Sequence record: NC_105514.1
Reading direction: 5' to 3' (one strand)
DNA from: Escherichia phage JLBYU40
DNA length: 64,000 nucleotides
Shown piece by piece: positions 54,204 to 64,000 of this stretch. Below the pieces are notes generated by a model, which was given only the letters and a program-made list of their open reading frames with translations, did no database searches and was not told where the DNA came from. Each line of letters starts with the position of its first letter. Positions within the stretch are counted from its first letter, which is position 1. The translations under genes and the position numbers were made by a program.

Positions 54204-56276
54204 TTACCTTATATGGATATACCCACTATTTAGGTCTATCTTCATCTTGTAGTATGCCTCAGGGTTTCCCGATAATGCAGCATTCCTATCATAAATGATG
54301 TTAACACCGATCTGAGATAAGAAAGCATTTCCTGCTACAATTTTATCTGCCGTCACCGTTCCGTTAACAATCATGTTTCCGTGGAGAACCATTGCAGGGT
54401 TAACCCAACCAGACCCATTCCATTGCCTTGTAAATGCTGATTGTGGGGCATTACTATTAAATTCAGTTAATACATCGTATTTAACTGGTGGAGAACCGAA
54501 GTTACTTTGAAAGAAGGAATTAGCTTGTCCATCATCCCAACCACCTAAACCTGCTATACCTACAGAATACATCCCAGGACCACGTTGTCCATCATGCCCT
54601 ATAGTACCTTCAGTACCACTCCACTGAACTACATCCGACCAGCTAGTACCCTCTAATAACCTATTAGTAACTGGATCAAGCGTACCTGTAGTGGCATAGA
54701 TATTTTGTGTCATATCTGTACGGTTAGGTGGAGTTTTTGACCAACCAGGAGGAGGATAATCTTGTTCTAGTGGTTTAGCAGGTAGAGATGTTGCTAACTT
54801 ATAAACAAATACTGTTTGCTTACCTTGCATACCAGTACCAAGATCTACATCGCCATTAGGAGTTCCAATAACTACCCCACTAGAAATACGTAGCACATCA
54901 CCATCATAACGAATCCACTGTGTGGCATTACCAATGTCTAATTTAGCTTTGGCAGAGGTATTATCCATACCCATCCAAATACCAGAGTTATTATCCCCCC
55001 AAGATTTACCTTGAGTGTAAATTGCTGGATTATCCTTACCAGATAAGTTAGTCATGATAAAGTTCGCAGCATTAATATCTCTAGTAATTACTTTACCATC
55101 AACGTTAACAACACGGTTTATGGGGTCAAAAGAAATAGGTGCTTTTCCTTCTTCGTCTAGCAGACCAATGTTAATAGCACCAGTAGCTGCGTCGATTAAG
55201 AATGTCTGTCTCCAGATTTCTCCATCTTTCATGCTGCCCTTAATAAAGGCATAATTAACATCAATACCCGTCTCATTGACAAAGCTGTTGTCTAGGGGAG
55301 TATCTTCATTAAGTATAAACGTTACAGGAGCTGATTCTGTTATATCTTGCTTATTTGGTCCCCAGGCAATTGATGATACCTTAAAAGTATGCTCAACTTT
55401 CCACGGGAATGATATAATCGTTGCAGCTCTAGCAGCCCCAACGTTTATCTTTTGAGCTTTAGCCCAGCCAGTCTTAGCGTATTCTTCAGAGTTTATATAA
55501 GTAACCAGAAATTCACGGACATTAGCACCCGCACCACGTTCCCAGTCCCACTCTATTCTGACATCATATCGTTCCTTACCATCTGCAATTCGTGCAGCTT
55601 TAAAGGCAATGTTAGTAGGTGCAGTAGGTGGTACAAAATTATAAGCTACAGTGAAAATGCTCGGATATTCATAATAACCAGATGAGTCAACTGTAATACC
55701 ATCTGGCATCGTAACTTGACCAGATATTCTGATCTTATAGTCGCCAACAGGAACACCACCAAATTTGATAGTAGGTCCCAATGCGCCTATATAATATTTA
55801 ACCCATTCACTATCTTCTGATGCAGTACTTTTTAATTCAATAGTGCAGTAACTAGCTTCACCAGCAGTCTCTACAACAACTATTGGAGCACCAACACCAA
55901 CGTCAACGGGTTCTGATTCAGATCTTGCTGTAGTAATTATTGGCTTTTCCTTTGTTCTAAAGTTAGTTTCATTAGAGAGGTTGATACCAATCTTAGCTTC
56001 CAGTAACTCTGAGTCAATAATTGAGTCATAGAAAGCCCCCTGAATCTCATAGGAGGTAGAGGGGGTTAGATTATTAATCATTACGAAGAAAGTATCTATA
56101 CCGGTGTAATCACGTCTATCTATACTTTCTCCTATTTTTAACCAAAAAGATCTACCAATAACATCATAATCAGTATAAATGGAGTGCTGGACATAAGCCA
56201 AAGTATATCCAGTCATTATACTATTTAAGACCATTTTGGCTGGTGCATTATTTGAAATCATTAAATGGATGCCCAC
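54204..56276 (-). CDS. tail tip / baseplate structural protein (690 aa)
   Basis: Beta-rich, Gly/Thr/Asn-rich; position upstream of the fibre genes. Confidence 0.5.
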   Translation of the reverse strand: MGIHLMISNNAPAKMVLNSIMTGYTLAYVQHSIYTDYDVIGRSFWLKIGESIDRRDYTGIDTFFVMINNLTPSTSYEIQGAFYDSIIDSELLEAKIGINLSNETNFRTKEKPIITTARSESEPVDVGVGAPIVVVETAGEASYCTIELKSTASEDSEWVKYYIGALGPTIKFGGVPVGDYKIRISGQVTMPDGITVDSSGYYEYPSIFTVAYNFVPPTAPTNIAFKAARIADGKERYDVRIEWDWERGAGANVREFLVTYINSEEYAKTGWAKAQKINVGAARAATIISFPWKVEHTFKVSSIAWGPNKQDITESAPVTFILNEDTPLDNSFVNETGIDVNYAFIKGSMKDGEIWRQTFLIDAATGAINIGLLDEEGKAPISFDPINRVVNVDGKVITRDINAANFIMTNLSGKDNPAIYTQGKSWGDNNSGIWMGMDNTSAKAKLDIGNATQWIRYDGDVLRISSGVVIGTPNGDVDLGTGMQGKQTVFVYKLATSLPAKPLEQDYPPPGWSKTPPNRTDMTQNIYATTGTLDPVTNRLLEGTSWSDVVQWSGTEGTIGHDGQRGPGMYSVGIAGLGGWDDGQANSFFQSNFGSPPVKYDVLTEFNSNAPQSAFTRQWNGSGWVNPAMVLHGNMIVNGTVTADKIVAGNAFLSQIGVNIIYDRNAALSGNPEAYYKMKIDLNSGYIHIR

Positions 56277-59110
56277 TCCACAGACTGTTCTCCATCATCC
56301 CCTTCAGCTCTAATACGAAAATACAATTTTCTATTTATACCTAGAGCACCGCTGTTCTGGAGAGCAAAATCTGCCTTATTATACGTTAATAAATAGTCAT
56401 AAGTATACTGATTTTCAATACGTACACTTCTTAACATCCTATTTTGTGAATCGTGTATTTCAAGGGTATAAAATATACTCTCTATTATATCTTCTTCAGG
56501 TATTCTATCCCAGGCTAGTTTCACATCTGGGCCAACAAACTCAGTTACATCTCCGGAAGCAGTATTAGTTACCCTAAAATTAGATACTACACTAAGGTTT
56601 TTAGCAGAGTTAAGTTCTATAGACAGAGTCACCGGGGAACTTCTTCTACCATTAATATCTACTGCTCTTATCTCAAATATAGCCAGACCTGCTGGTTCTC
56701 CAATTATTTCTTGGATCATACGTTCGTTAGGGTTGGTCTCTAACTGTTGTACTATGTAAGGTTCGGCATGACCTGAGTGCACAATAGAGTAATAAACTAC
56801 ATTATTGGTTAGACTCGGAAGCCAGGATAACTCACCATTTTTACCTATAGAGCCTACTAAACCACCAGGAGTAGGGGTATACTTAAAGTCTCTAGGAGGA
56901 AGGACATTATTACTAATATCGGGAATATCATTACCGCTATTATCAACCTGCTCAGAGTTGATGAATACATCTTTTCCATACTCCTGTAGAGTAACATTTA
57001 TCTTTCCTTCTCTAGAGTTTTCCACTTCGTCTACTAGGAAGTACTTCTTATCCCACCCATAACGGTCGTATGTAAATGCAATAGCATCATTAGGCTCAAT
57101 ACCAATGAATTGATATGGCAATGAGAAAGAAAGTGTTCTTGAGTATCTAGATTTCTTAAGTTCCCTATCAGCAAAACTTCTTGCAGTATAGTAATTAGTA
57201 ATATTAGCAAAAGATAGTTGTAATTTTTTATCTAGGTTCTTGTCCTGTTCCTTATACTTGGAATTATAGAACGTAATGGAATTAGTTTTCCAGCTAAGGG
57301 CGGGATCTACGATAGATGCTTGAACTGAGTTGAATTTATTTCTACCAGTAGTATCTGATAGCTCCAAATCACCGTAAGTATCTAGAAAATTAATCTCTAA
57401 CGGAGTATTAGAGTATTTTTCTACAGTAACTCTATACTGGCCAGATAAATTGTTAATAGCCCCACCGTAGGACTCTAATAAACCTTGCACATTTTTAAAT
57501 ACTGATTCAGATGTATCCAGAATAGTATTCATTTGTACTATTTGTCTATTTTCTGCTAGTGGATCAGTCCACCCAACGTATCTCCAATATGGCTGCCAAG
57601 ATACCTGATAGGATTCATCTATAATATCTAAAATAGCTGCTTCCTGTATTAGTTGCTGAAGAGGGAACTGATCAATGGTAATATCAGCACCATATCTATC
57701 AGAGGTTAAGTAATCAAGTGTTTGCCAAATACCATTTAAGCTAGTACTATTAGCAGTTACTCTACCATCAGAATGATAGACTTTTACTTTTTTACCTTGA
57801 ATTTCAGCACTAACTTCTGGAATCTCAGTCCTATTTTCATTAATAGTGAAGCGCACCACTGCGTATGCAGTATCTAGTAGCTTATACCTAGCATCCCAGT
57901 ATTCAGGGCCATTGCCATTCATATTTTGAAGATAGAATCCGCGGTTTTTAGCGATGTCCACTAATACATCCGAGGCCGTTTGATCAGATTTTCCGTGATA
58001 CGTCCAAATCCTTATATCACCATTACCATCATTATATTTATATTCCTGACCATGCACAGAAGGACTACTGGAAGATATTCCTGATGCTATTCTTTGCATG
58101 GTGTCTCCGGCTACTTTTTTAACACCGAAACAGGTTCTAGCAGAGCTATCATTAGAATCCATACAAATCATGGGGTTATCACCAAAGGAGAAATCAAGAA
58201 AACCATCAATCTCCCCTTCAGCAAAGGCGTATACGACATAAACTATGTTGGGATTGTGTAGTTCTGTATCAGCAAAAATTGGTATTCCTGGTATTTTCTG
58301 TACGCCATAAACTACTGTGATATATTTAGCAGCAAGGTTAAAATCTATATCTACTTCCTTAGTGACAGTTTCATAGTATTTTTTAAGGCTGTAGCTTCTA
58401 GATAAGCCAAATAGTTTTTTCTTTGATTTTAGCTTATACCTTTCTTCCTGTACTTGGTACTTTGCTAGTATAGATATACTCTTATTAGAATGAAAGAACC
58501 CATAGTCTTCTTGGTACTCAGGTCTTTTAGCACCGTTAGATGGTACTAACTGTCCAGCTACAACTTCAAGTCCCCTATGGGAGGCGTCATCAGTATATCT
58601 ACCATTAACTCTATCAAAGTCATAGAATTGGTTAGAACAATTCCAGGTAATTGTAGAGGTTCCTACTCCAGAGGTACTAATATTATCTTTAATGCCCCCT
58701 CCAGTAATCCTCCCCCTAAAGTATAGTAGAGGACCATTTGTATCTGGGTCTACTGGTAGAATAGAACCATCTTCGGTAATAATTGCTTGATGAATTGATA
58801 CGGTTCTATCTAAGAAGGATACACCATTTTGCACTAGTTTTAGTACTTCATCCTGTGCTGTACCAGTAATAGTAAAAGATAGACTACCAATAGATAAATC
58901 TCTATTTTGTTTGTGTGTGCTAATAGACTTAACTTTACCCGCCTGGTATAGAATGCCATTATATAGTACATCCCTAAAATAATCAGTTAAATAAATAAAA
59001 GCAGTACTAGTACCAGTAGAGCCAGGTAACTCTAGAGAAATTAGACTAGCAGTTTTTATTTTGCTATTATTTTTTAAGTAGTTTCTAGCACTATCTAGTA
59101 TTTTTTTCAT
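56261..59110 (-). CDS. baseplate hub / tail tip protein (949 aa)
   Basis: Large structural protein immediately downstream of the Dit-like gene; size and order fit a T5-type hub. Confidence 0.55.
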   Translation of the reverse strand: MKKILDSARNYLKNNSKIKTASLISLELPGSTGTSTAFIYLTDYFRDVLYNGILYQAGKVKSISTHKQNRDLSIGSLSFTITGTAQDEVLKLVQNGVSFLDRTVSIHQAIITEDGSILPVDPDTNGPLLYFRGRITGGGIKDNISTSGVGTSTITWNCSNQFYDFDRVNGRYTDDASHRGLEVVAGQLVPSNGAKRPEYQEDYGFFHSNKSISILAKYQVQEERYKLKSKKKLFGLSRSYSLKKYYETVTKEVDIDFNLAAKYITVVYGVQKIPGIPIFADTELHNPNIVYVVYAFAEGEIDGFLDFSFGDNPMICMDSNDSSARTCFGVKKVAGDTMQRIASGISSSSPSVHGQEYKYNDGNGDIRIWTYHGKSDQTASDVLVDIAKNRGFYLQNMNGNGPEYWDARYKLLDTAYAVVRFTINENRTEIPEVSAEIQGKKVKVYHSDGRVTANSTSLNGIWQTLDYLTSDRYGADITIDQFPLQQLIQEAAILDIIDESYQVSWQPYWRYVGWTDPLAENRQIVQMNTILDTSESVFKNVQGLLESYGGAINNLSGQYRVTVEKYSNTPLEINFLDTYGDLELSDTTGRNKFNSVQASIVDPALSWKTNSITFYNSKYKEQDKNLDKKLQLSFANITNYYTARSFADRELKKSRYSRTLSFSLPYQFIGIEPNDAIAFTYDRYGWDKKYFLVDEVENSREGKINVTLQEYGKDVFINSEQVDNSGNDIPDISNNVLPPRDFKYTPTPGGLVGSIGKNGELSWLPSLTNNVVYYSIVHSGHAEPYIVQQLETNPNERMIQEIIGEPAGLAIFEIRAVDINGRRSSPVTLSIELNSAKNLSVVSNFRVTNTASGDVTEFVGPDVKLAWDRIPEEDIIESIFYTLEIHDSQNRMLRSVRIENQYTYDYLLTYNKADFALQNSGALGINRKLYFRIRAEGDDGEQSVEWASI

Positions 59111-59721
59111 AAACTTTCCCGTAAATTTAATGAGATGCCGGAATATGTTCCGTTATTATTTAATGTAGATCCGAAAGCATCACCATTCATGAGTTTTGTC
59201 CTAAATAGTATCCCATTAAATACTGGTTTTTCAGCTCCAGTAGTAGTTACAAATAAATCAGGATATACGTTAATAGACCATGAATTACCTGACTTGTTAA
59301 ATGATGTTATTTTATATACTTTTGGGTGGTTAGACAGCTTAAATAGATCCCCCGGTTTTGGAGTACCTGTAAGAAGTCCTTTTGTATCCATAGTTATATT
59401 AGAACCCTTCTGTCCAGCAGGTATATTTACTAGACTAGTATTACCTCTAACTCTAAAAGCTTCGTATTGGGGTAATATAACATCTATATAACCACCAGTC
59501 CTTTTGTATTCTAGAATAAAAGCATCTAGAACACCATATTCATCTGGAAATAATTCTGGATAAGAAATATTTATACCCCAGTATTGAGCAGATACTTTAA
59601 CTTCGTTAACTTTACCATTTGGTAACTCATCACGAATTACTGGGTCATTATCAATCAGGTTAACACTTTCGAATCCTAAGCCTGAAAGTTCTGGATTCGT
59701 GTATGGGTCTGGTAATCTCAT
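59107..59721 (-). CDS. distal tail protein (Dit-like, 204 aa)
   Basis: Synteny: directly downstream of tape-measure gene; size typical of siphovirus Dit. Confidence 0.5.
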   Translation of the reverse strand: MRLPDPYTNPELSGLGFESVNLIDNDPVIRDELPNGKVNEVKVSAQYWGINISYPELFPDEYGVLDAFILEYKRTGGYIDVILPQYEAFRVRGNTSLVNIPAGQKGSNITMDTKGLLTGTPKPGDLFKLSNHPKVYKITSFNKSGNSWSINVYPDLFVTTTGAEKPVFNGILFRTKLMNGDAFGSTLNNNGTYSGISLNLRESL

Positions 59722-59748
59722 AGTTAATTTCTCCTCTTTAATAACAAT

Positions 59749-59777
59749 ATTATAATAGTATTAGAAAATTTTATCAA
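59749..59777 (-). promoter_or_regulatory. sigma70-like promoter upstream of the Dit-like gene (TTGATA, 17 bp, TATAAT)
   Basis: Plus-strand attata 59749-59754 and tatcaa 59772-59777. Confidence 0.4.
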
Positions 59778-59792
59778 GAAATTTTTATTTTT

Positions 59793-59826
59793 CCATAAAG
59801 AAAAGGAGGACTCAAAGTCCTCCTCC
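59793..59826 (-). terminator. hairpin terminator after the tape-measure gene
   Basis: GGAGGAC-TCAAA-GTCCTCC stem with U-rich tract on minus strand. Confidence 0.5.
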
Positions 59827-59830
59827 AGTT

Positions 59831-62800
59831 TTAAGAATTTCCTAATGTTTTCAGACTAGCACCGTTCTCATTCAGAGCTAATTCTACTGCGTCTCTTAGA
59901 GCACCACTATTACTAGAAGCAAACTCTCTAAAACTTGCAGCATCCATAGCACTAATATTCAGGATGATAGGTCTTCCTGAAGTTGAGTTAGACGAGGTTT
60001 TTAGCTCATCATTAGGTGTAGCTTTCATAGGAACCATAGGGGTAACTACTTCTGTACCATGCTCACCCATTTGATAGCTAACCCCTGGATACATATTACC
60101 ACCCTCAGCACGAGGAACGAAAGAGTTGGCACTACCTATACCTTGATCGCCACGAATATAAGATAGTTCACCTGCATTAGCAGACATGGACACATCTATA
60201 TTCTTCTGACGCTCTCCTAAGGTTAAGTAACTAGTTGTATCCGCCCCAGAATCAGCAATACTTGACATACCAGATGCAGAAGATGCTTGTGCTAATGCCA
60301 ATGCACCCGCTAAACCTGCCGCAACCATTAAAGGAATAGAGAACGGGTATGGTACAGCTGTTGCCGCTTGCATTACAGCTACTGCAGTTTGGATGATAAT
60401 CTGCTTCTTAGCTGCGTCTTGTTGAATCTTCAGCTTTTCAGCTTCCAACTTCTTCAACTTAGCTTTAGATGCTTCTGATTTACCATCACGTTTCTGCTCC
60501 GCTGCGATAGCTGCATCAATAGCACTAACCTGTTGACTAGTACTATACTGAATCATAGAAGATACAGTTTGCATGCCAGAAGCAATCAAGGAGGTAGTAT
60601 CTAGGGATCCCTGAGAGAACTGAATCATAGCGTTAGTTAAGTTACCCATACTTTGAGCCACAGCGGTTGCTTCAGAATTTAATTCAGATAGTTTAGAGAT
60701 TGCCTGATCATAAGAAGCCATTCTATTTTGCATATCAGCAAAATCTTTATCCTCCCCAGATAGTCCAGTTGTAGGAGTATATACAGCACCTACAGAAGAT
60801 CCCACCTGTTGCTGCATCTGGATATCTCTCTGTTTTCTAAGCTGCTCTAAGGCCGCCGAAGTTTTATAAATCTCATTACGATATTTAATTTCTTCCTCAG
60901 TATTGCCCTTAGACAGCTCCAGCTGTTGCTGCAGAATGGATAATCTTTCAGTAAGAATTTGAGATTGACCAGTAACATTCCTCTGCGTTTGGCTGACCTC
61001 TAGCGCATCCATGAGAGCTGATACATGTGAGGCAGTTGCCTGTTTCTCCGCTTCCCATATTTCTCTGCTTATTTGTGCTTGAGCACGTCTAGACTGTTCT
61101 GCCTCTTTCTGTTTGTCCGCTTGTTTTGTATACCATTCGTACTTCTCTTTCTCTATAGTTAGTTCTAGTTTTAGCTGAGCTAATCTATATTGAGTAGTAG
61201 TCATAGTGCGGTCATTCAGAAGAGCTATCTCACGATCTACACCCAGGATTTTATCTGTATAATCCTTAACCTTCTTCTGGGCCTCCATACCCTGATTGGT
61301 AAGTTTAAGTTTCTCCAGCTGAATTTTTTCAATTTCTTTCTCAACAGCTTTATTTCCCTGGTTTGTTTGAAGAACACGGCGTAAAGCAGCTTCTTGCTCT
61401 TCTAACTGTTGCAACTCTAAACGTCTACCAGCTTCCTGAGCCTTTTCCTTATCCTTAGTTTGATTATACACATCGGCTATTTTCTGTTGAACTGCTAACT
61501 GATTTTTAGTTTCATTACCAGTTAGTTTAACATACTCGGACAAGGCCTGAGAAGCAGTTTTCATCTCAGATAACGTATTATAGCCTAAATTAAGATTTTT
61601 AACATACTCATCTGCACTTTTACCCGTACCTAGAGATAGAGATTCTATGTTTTTTATAGCATCTGCTAACGTAGCACTAGTTTTAGCAGCAGTATCTGTA
61701 TTCTGAGCAACGTTCTGTATATCATTAGCTAAGTCACTAGCAGTTTTCTTAGTCTGATTGTACGCTTTCTGCTGCTCAGTTAGTCCTTTTAATACAGTAG
61801 AGTTAAAATCGTATACAGCATCAGGATCAGTAGTATCTCTCTGTAGATTAATTTGCTTCTGAAACTCGGGGTTAGCTTTTGCAGCAGCAGCTCCAGCAGC
61901 TTGATACGCTGATTTCCAAGCATTGAGGTTTTCAGTAGAATCCTCTACTTCTTTACCAAGTCTAGTTACTTGTAAACCCATAGCTGCAGTTTCTGCTACA
62001 AATTGCTTATTGGCCTCCGAAGCACCTGCTGCTGCAAGACCAACAGGAATACCTTCACCAACTTGACGTATAGCTAGTTTTGTATAGAAATCTGCTTGTT
62101 CCATTCGTTTATCGAACTCAGATTTTAGCTTATTACGCTTATCAAGAGATTCCTTATACATATCTAGAGCTTTATTATAGCCTTCTTCAGAAGCAGCTAA
62201 ACTTAAAGCAACAGCACCAACGTTGGTAGGGTCTATCTGTCTATTAGTTTTTTCTTGAGCTCTAGCTGCCTCAGCAGATATAGAAGCCTGAGATGTATAA
62301 AATACTGTGTTGATAGCATCAATTACTGGCCCTAAATACTTAGCAGCAGCTTGTTGTATTTTTCTTAGCGCAGCATCTGCATTAGCAGCAAATTGCTCCC
62401 ATGGAGTTGCACGTAGTACTTCATCTAGGTAGCCAAACCGCTTAGTAGATTCAGCAATTACCGCGTTAGCGTATGCTTGTTGTTTCTGGAAAGTGGTAAG
62501 ACTATTAACATTATATGTTATACCTGTGTTTGCAGCATTTAACTGTTTAACATAATCAGCGTATGCGTCATTAAGACGTATGGTGACACCAAGTTCATCC
62601 AGAAGTTCGATTTCTTGTTTAGATACACCCTTAATTACACGGTTAAGTGCGTCAGTCATATCAACGCCAAGAACAGCAGCAGCACGACGAGCTACTAAAC
62701 CAAATTTATTAAGTTGTTCGGCATCAAATCCATAAGCAGACGCTGAAGATGCCTGTCTCATTGCTTCTTCAAAAGAAATAGCATATCCAGCAGCTTCTTG

Positions 62801-63511
62801 TAGTGATCTAGCAAGGGACTGAACAGGAGTACCTGTCTGAGTACCTACTATAACACCAAATTTTTCTAGACGATTTAGCTGATCACCTAGTTTAAGCTGT
62901 TCGAATGCAGATTGCAAAACGAAGATGTTGGAAGCAAGAGCTGCATACATAATAGGTAAACTACCACCGATTTTAGCCATTGCCGCAAAATCACGAGTTG
63001 CACCACGTGCTGAACCAGAAGTATTACCAATAGCTCTAGAAGCTCTACCAGCGGCACCAGCAGTATCATTAAAACCCCTAGCTGTGCCACCTAATGCTCT
63101 ATTAGTATCATATAATCTATCCTGGACTTTTTCTGTTGCAGCTGCAACATCATTACCCATTGTTTTAACAGATCTAGAAACTCCATCGAATCCAATTTCT
63201 AGTTTATCTGTTACTTCAATAAGCTGGATAGCCAGGTAGTCTAGCTTATCACCAATACCATCAATGGATTTAGTGATACCAGCCATACCCCTACTAGCTT
63301 GCATTTTAGTAAGACTTTTCGCTGCTCTGTCTGCTGCCCTCTCAATGGAATAAAGAGTTCTGGGCATTTTACCTAACTGCTCATTTGTCAGTTCGGAAGC
63401 AGCAGCAGCATTTTCCAACGCATCAGATACGTTTTCAATAGACTTTGCAGTACGAGTTGCCCCCTTCTGTTTAACGTCTATTAGTAATTCTCGTATTAGC
63501 TTATCAGTCAT
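59831..63511 (-). CDS. tail tape-measure protein (1226 aa)
   Basis: Very long, Ala/Gln-rich helical protein with hydrophobic C-terminal segment and C-terminal metallopeptidase-like region; position before Dit. Confidence 0.75.
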   Translation of the reverse strand: MTDKLIRELLIDVKQKGATRTAKSIENVSDALENAAAASELTNEQLGKMPRTLYSIERAADRAAKSLTKMQASRGMAGITKSIDGIGDKLDYLAIQLIEVTDKLEIGFDGVSRSVKTMGNDVAAATEKVQDRLYDTNRALGGTARGFNDTAGAAGRASRAIGNTSGSARGATRDFAAMAKIGGSLPIMYAALASNIFVLQSAFEQLKLGDQLNRLEKFGVIVGTQTGTPVQSLARSLQEAAGYAISFEEAMRQASSASAYGFDAEQLNKFGLVARRAAAVLGVDMTDALNRVIKGVSKQEIELLDELGVTIRLNDAYADYVKQLNAANTGITYNVNSLTTFQKQQAYANAVIAESTKRFGYLDEVLRATPWEQFAANADAALRKIQQAAAKYLGPVIDAINTVFYTSQASISAEAARAQEKTNRQIDPTNVGAVALSLAASEEGYNKALDMYKESLDKRNKLKSEFDKRMEQADFYTKLAIRQVGEGIPVGLAAAGASEANKQFVAETAAMGLQVTRLGKEVEDSTENLNAWKSAYQAAGAAAAKANPEFQKQINLQRDTTDPDAVYDFNSTVLKGLTEQQKAYNQTKKTASDLANDIQNVAQNTDTAAKTSATLADAIKNIESLSLGTGKSADEYVKNLNLGYNTLSEMKTASQALSEYVKLTGNETKNQLAVQQKIADVYNQTKDKEKAQEAGRRLELQQLEEQEAALRRVLQTNQGNKAVEKEIEKIQLEKLKLTNQGMEAQKKVKDYTDKILGVDREIALLNDRTMTTTQYRLAQLKLELTIEKEKYEWYTKQADKQKEAEQSRRAQAQISREIWEAEKQATASHVSALMDALEVSQTQRNVTGQSQILTERLSILQQQLELSKGNTEEEIKYRNEIYKTSAALEQLRKQRDIQMQQQVGSSVGAVYTPTTGLSGEDKDFADMQNRMASYDQAISKLSELNSEATAVAQSMGNLTNAMIQFSQGSLDTTSLIASGMQTVSSMIQYSTSQQVSAIDAAIAAEQKRDGKSEASKAKLKKLEAEKLKIQQDAAKKQIIIQTAVAVMQAATAVPYPFSIPLMVAAGLAGALALAQASSASGMSSIADSGADTTSYLTLGERQKNIDVSMSANAGELSYIRGDQGIGSANSFVPRAEGGNMYPGVSYQMGEHGTEVVTPMVPMKATPNDELKTSSNSTSGRPIILNISAMDAASFREFASSNSGALRDAVELALNENGASLKTLGNS

Positions 63512-63594
63512 GTTTTATTTTTCCCAATAAAAAAGGCTCTGGGCAAATCACCCAGAGCCAAGCCTCATCGTGGAACGCCCATTGGAGGAAACTT

Positions 63595-63963
63595 TTACCG
63601 TGCACGAGATCTAGCATGTGGCTTAACGTTAGGAATCCTTCCGTTTTGCGGTTTATGCTTCTCAGCACGTTTACGTGCAGCATCTACAGCTTTAGCATCA
63701 AATATATTGATAATGTGTAGAACAAATTCTTTCTCTATAGGATCAGTAATCCCATAAATATCAAATAAAACACCTAGAGCAGCCTTATCTTTACCTATAA
63801 AGATAGGAAAGTCACCTGGTATGAAGCAGTCAATTAGACTGTTATAAATATTCATACTAATAGATACAATAGGTGGAAAATCTTCGAGTTCAACAGGCAT
63901 AGCCTTAGGATCAGGTTCTATACCCATTGACTCACAAAGTATTAAATATTGTTGTTTGGTCAT
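63595..63963 (-). CDS. putative tail assembly chaperone (122 aa)
   Basis: Small gene immediately upstream of tape-measure gene; positional inference only. Confidence 0.35.
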   Translation of the reverse strand: MTKQQYLILCESMGIEPDPKAMPVELEDFPPIVSISMNIYNSLIDCFIPGDFPIFIGKDKAALGVLFDIYGITDPIEKEFVLHIINIFDAKAVDAARKRAEKHKPQNGRIPNVKPHARSRAR

Positions 63964-64000
63964 TTTAGATGCTGAGCTTTTAATACATTTATCTGCAAAA

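Noticed and set aside
62887-63239. Plus/minus ORFs inside the tape-measure gene
   Set aside because: Alternate-frame artefacts of an Ala-rich gene

Overview
This window reads as the early region and the start of the late (tail) region of a T5-like tailed phage (Tequintavirus / Demerecviridae-type organisation); that assignment is my inference from gene content and order, not a database hit. From left to right it holds: (1) a minus-strand tRNA gene cluster interleaved with small ORFs (1-4330, with outliers near 7860 and 8430); (2) a plus-strand three-gene module at 5037-6806 encoding low-complexity proteins; (3) a long run of minus-strand early genes, each small unit punctuated by a highly conserved sigma70-type promoter cassette and often a hairpin terminator (SPFH protein, SleB-like hydrolase, receiver-like protein, RNase H, thymidylate synthase, DHFR, NrdB, NrdA, PhoH-like); (4) a plus-strand replication block (NrdD, Sir2-like protein, HNH endonucleases, large P-loop ATPase, split NAD-dependent ligase, DnaB-like helicase, primase, family-A DNA polymerase, SF2 helicase, SbcD/SbcC-like nuclease, flap endonuclease, dUTPase); (5) after a bidirectional terminator at 49318-49351, minus-strand tail genes (two tail-fibre genes, collar-like, baseplate/hub-like, Dit-like, tape-measure-like). 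No CRISPR array, rRNA or integrase was seen. The best candidates for something undescribed are the plus-strand module at 5037-6806, the roughly 800-nt non-coding transcription unit at 7934-8730, and the Sir2-like/HAD-like cluster at 23746-26077. All coordinates were counted by hand and tRNA and promoter boundaries may be off by a few nucleotides; functional calls rest on motifs I recognise in the translations, with no searches run.
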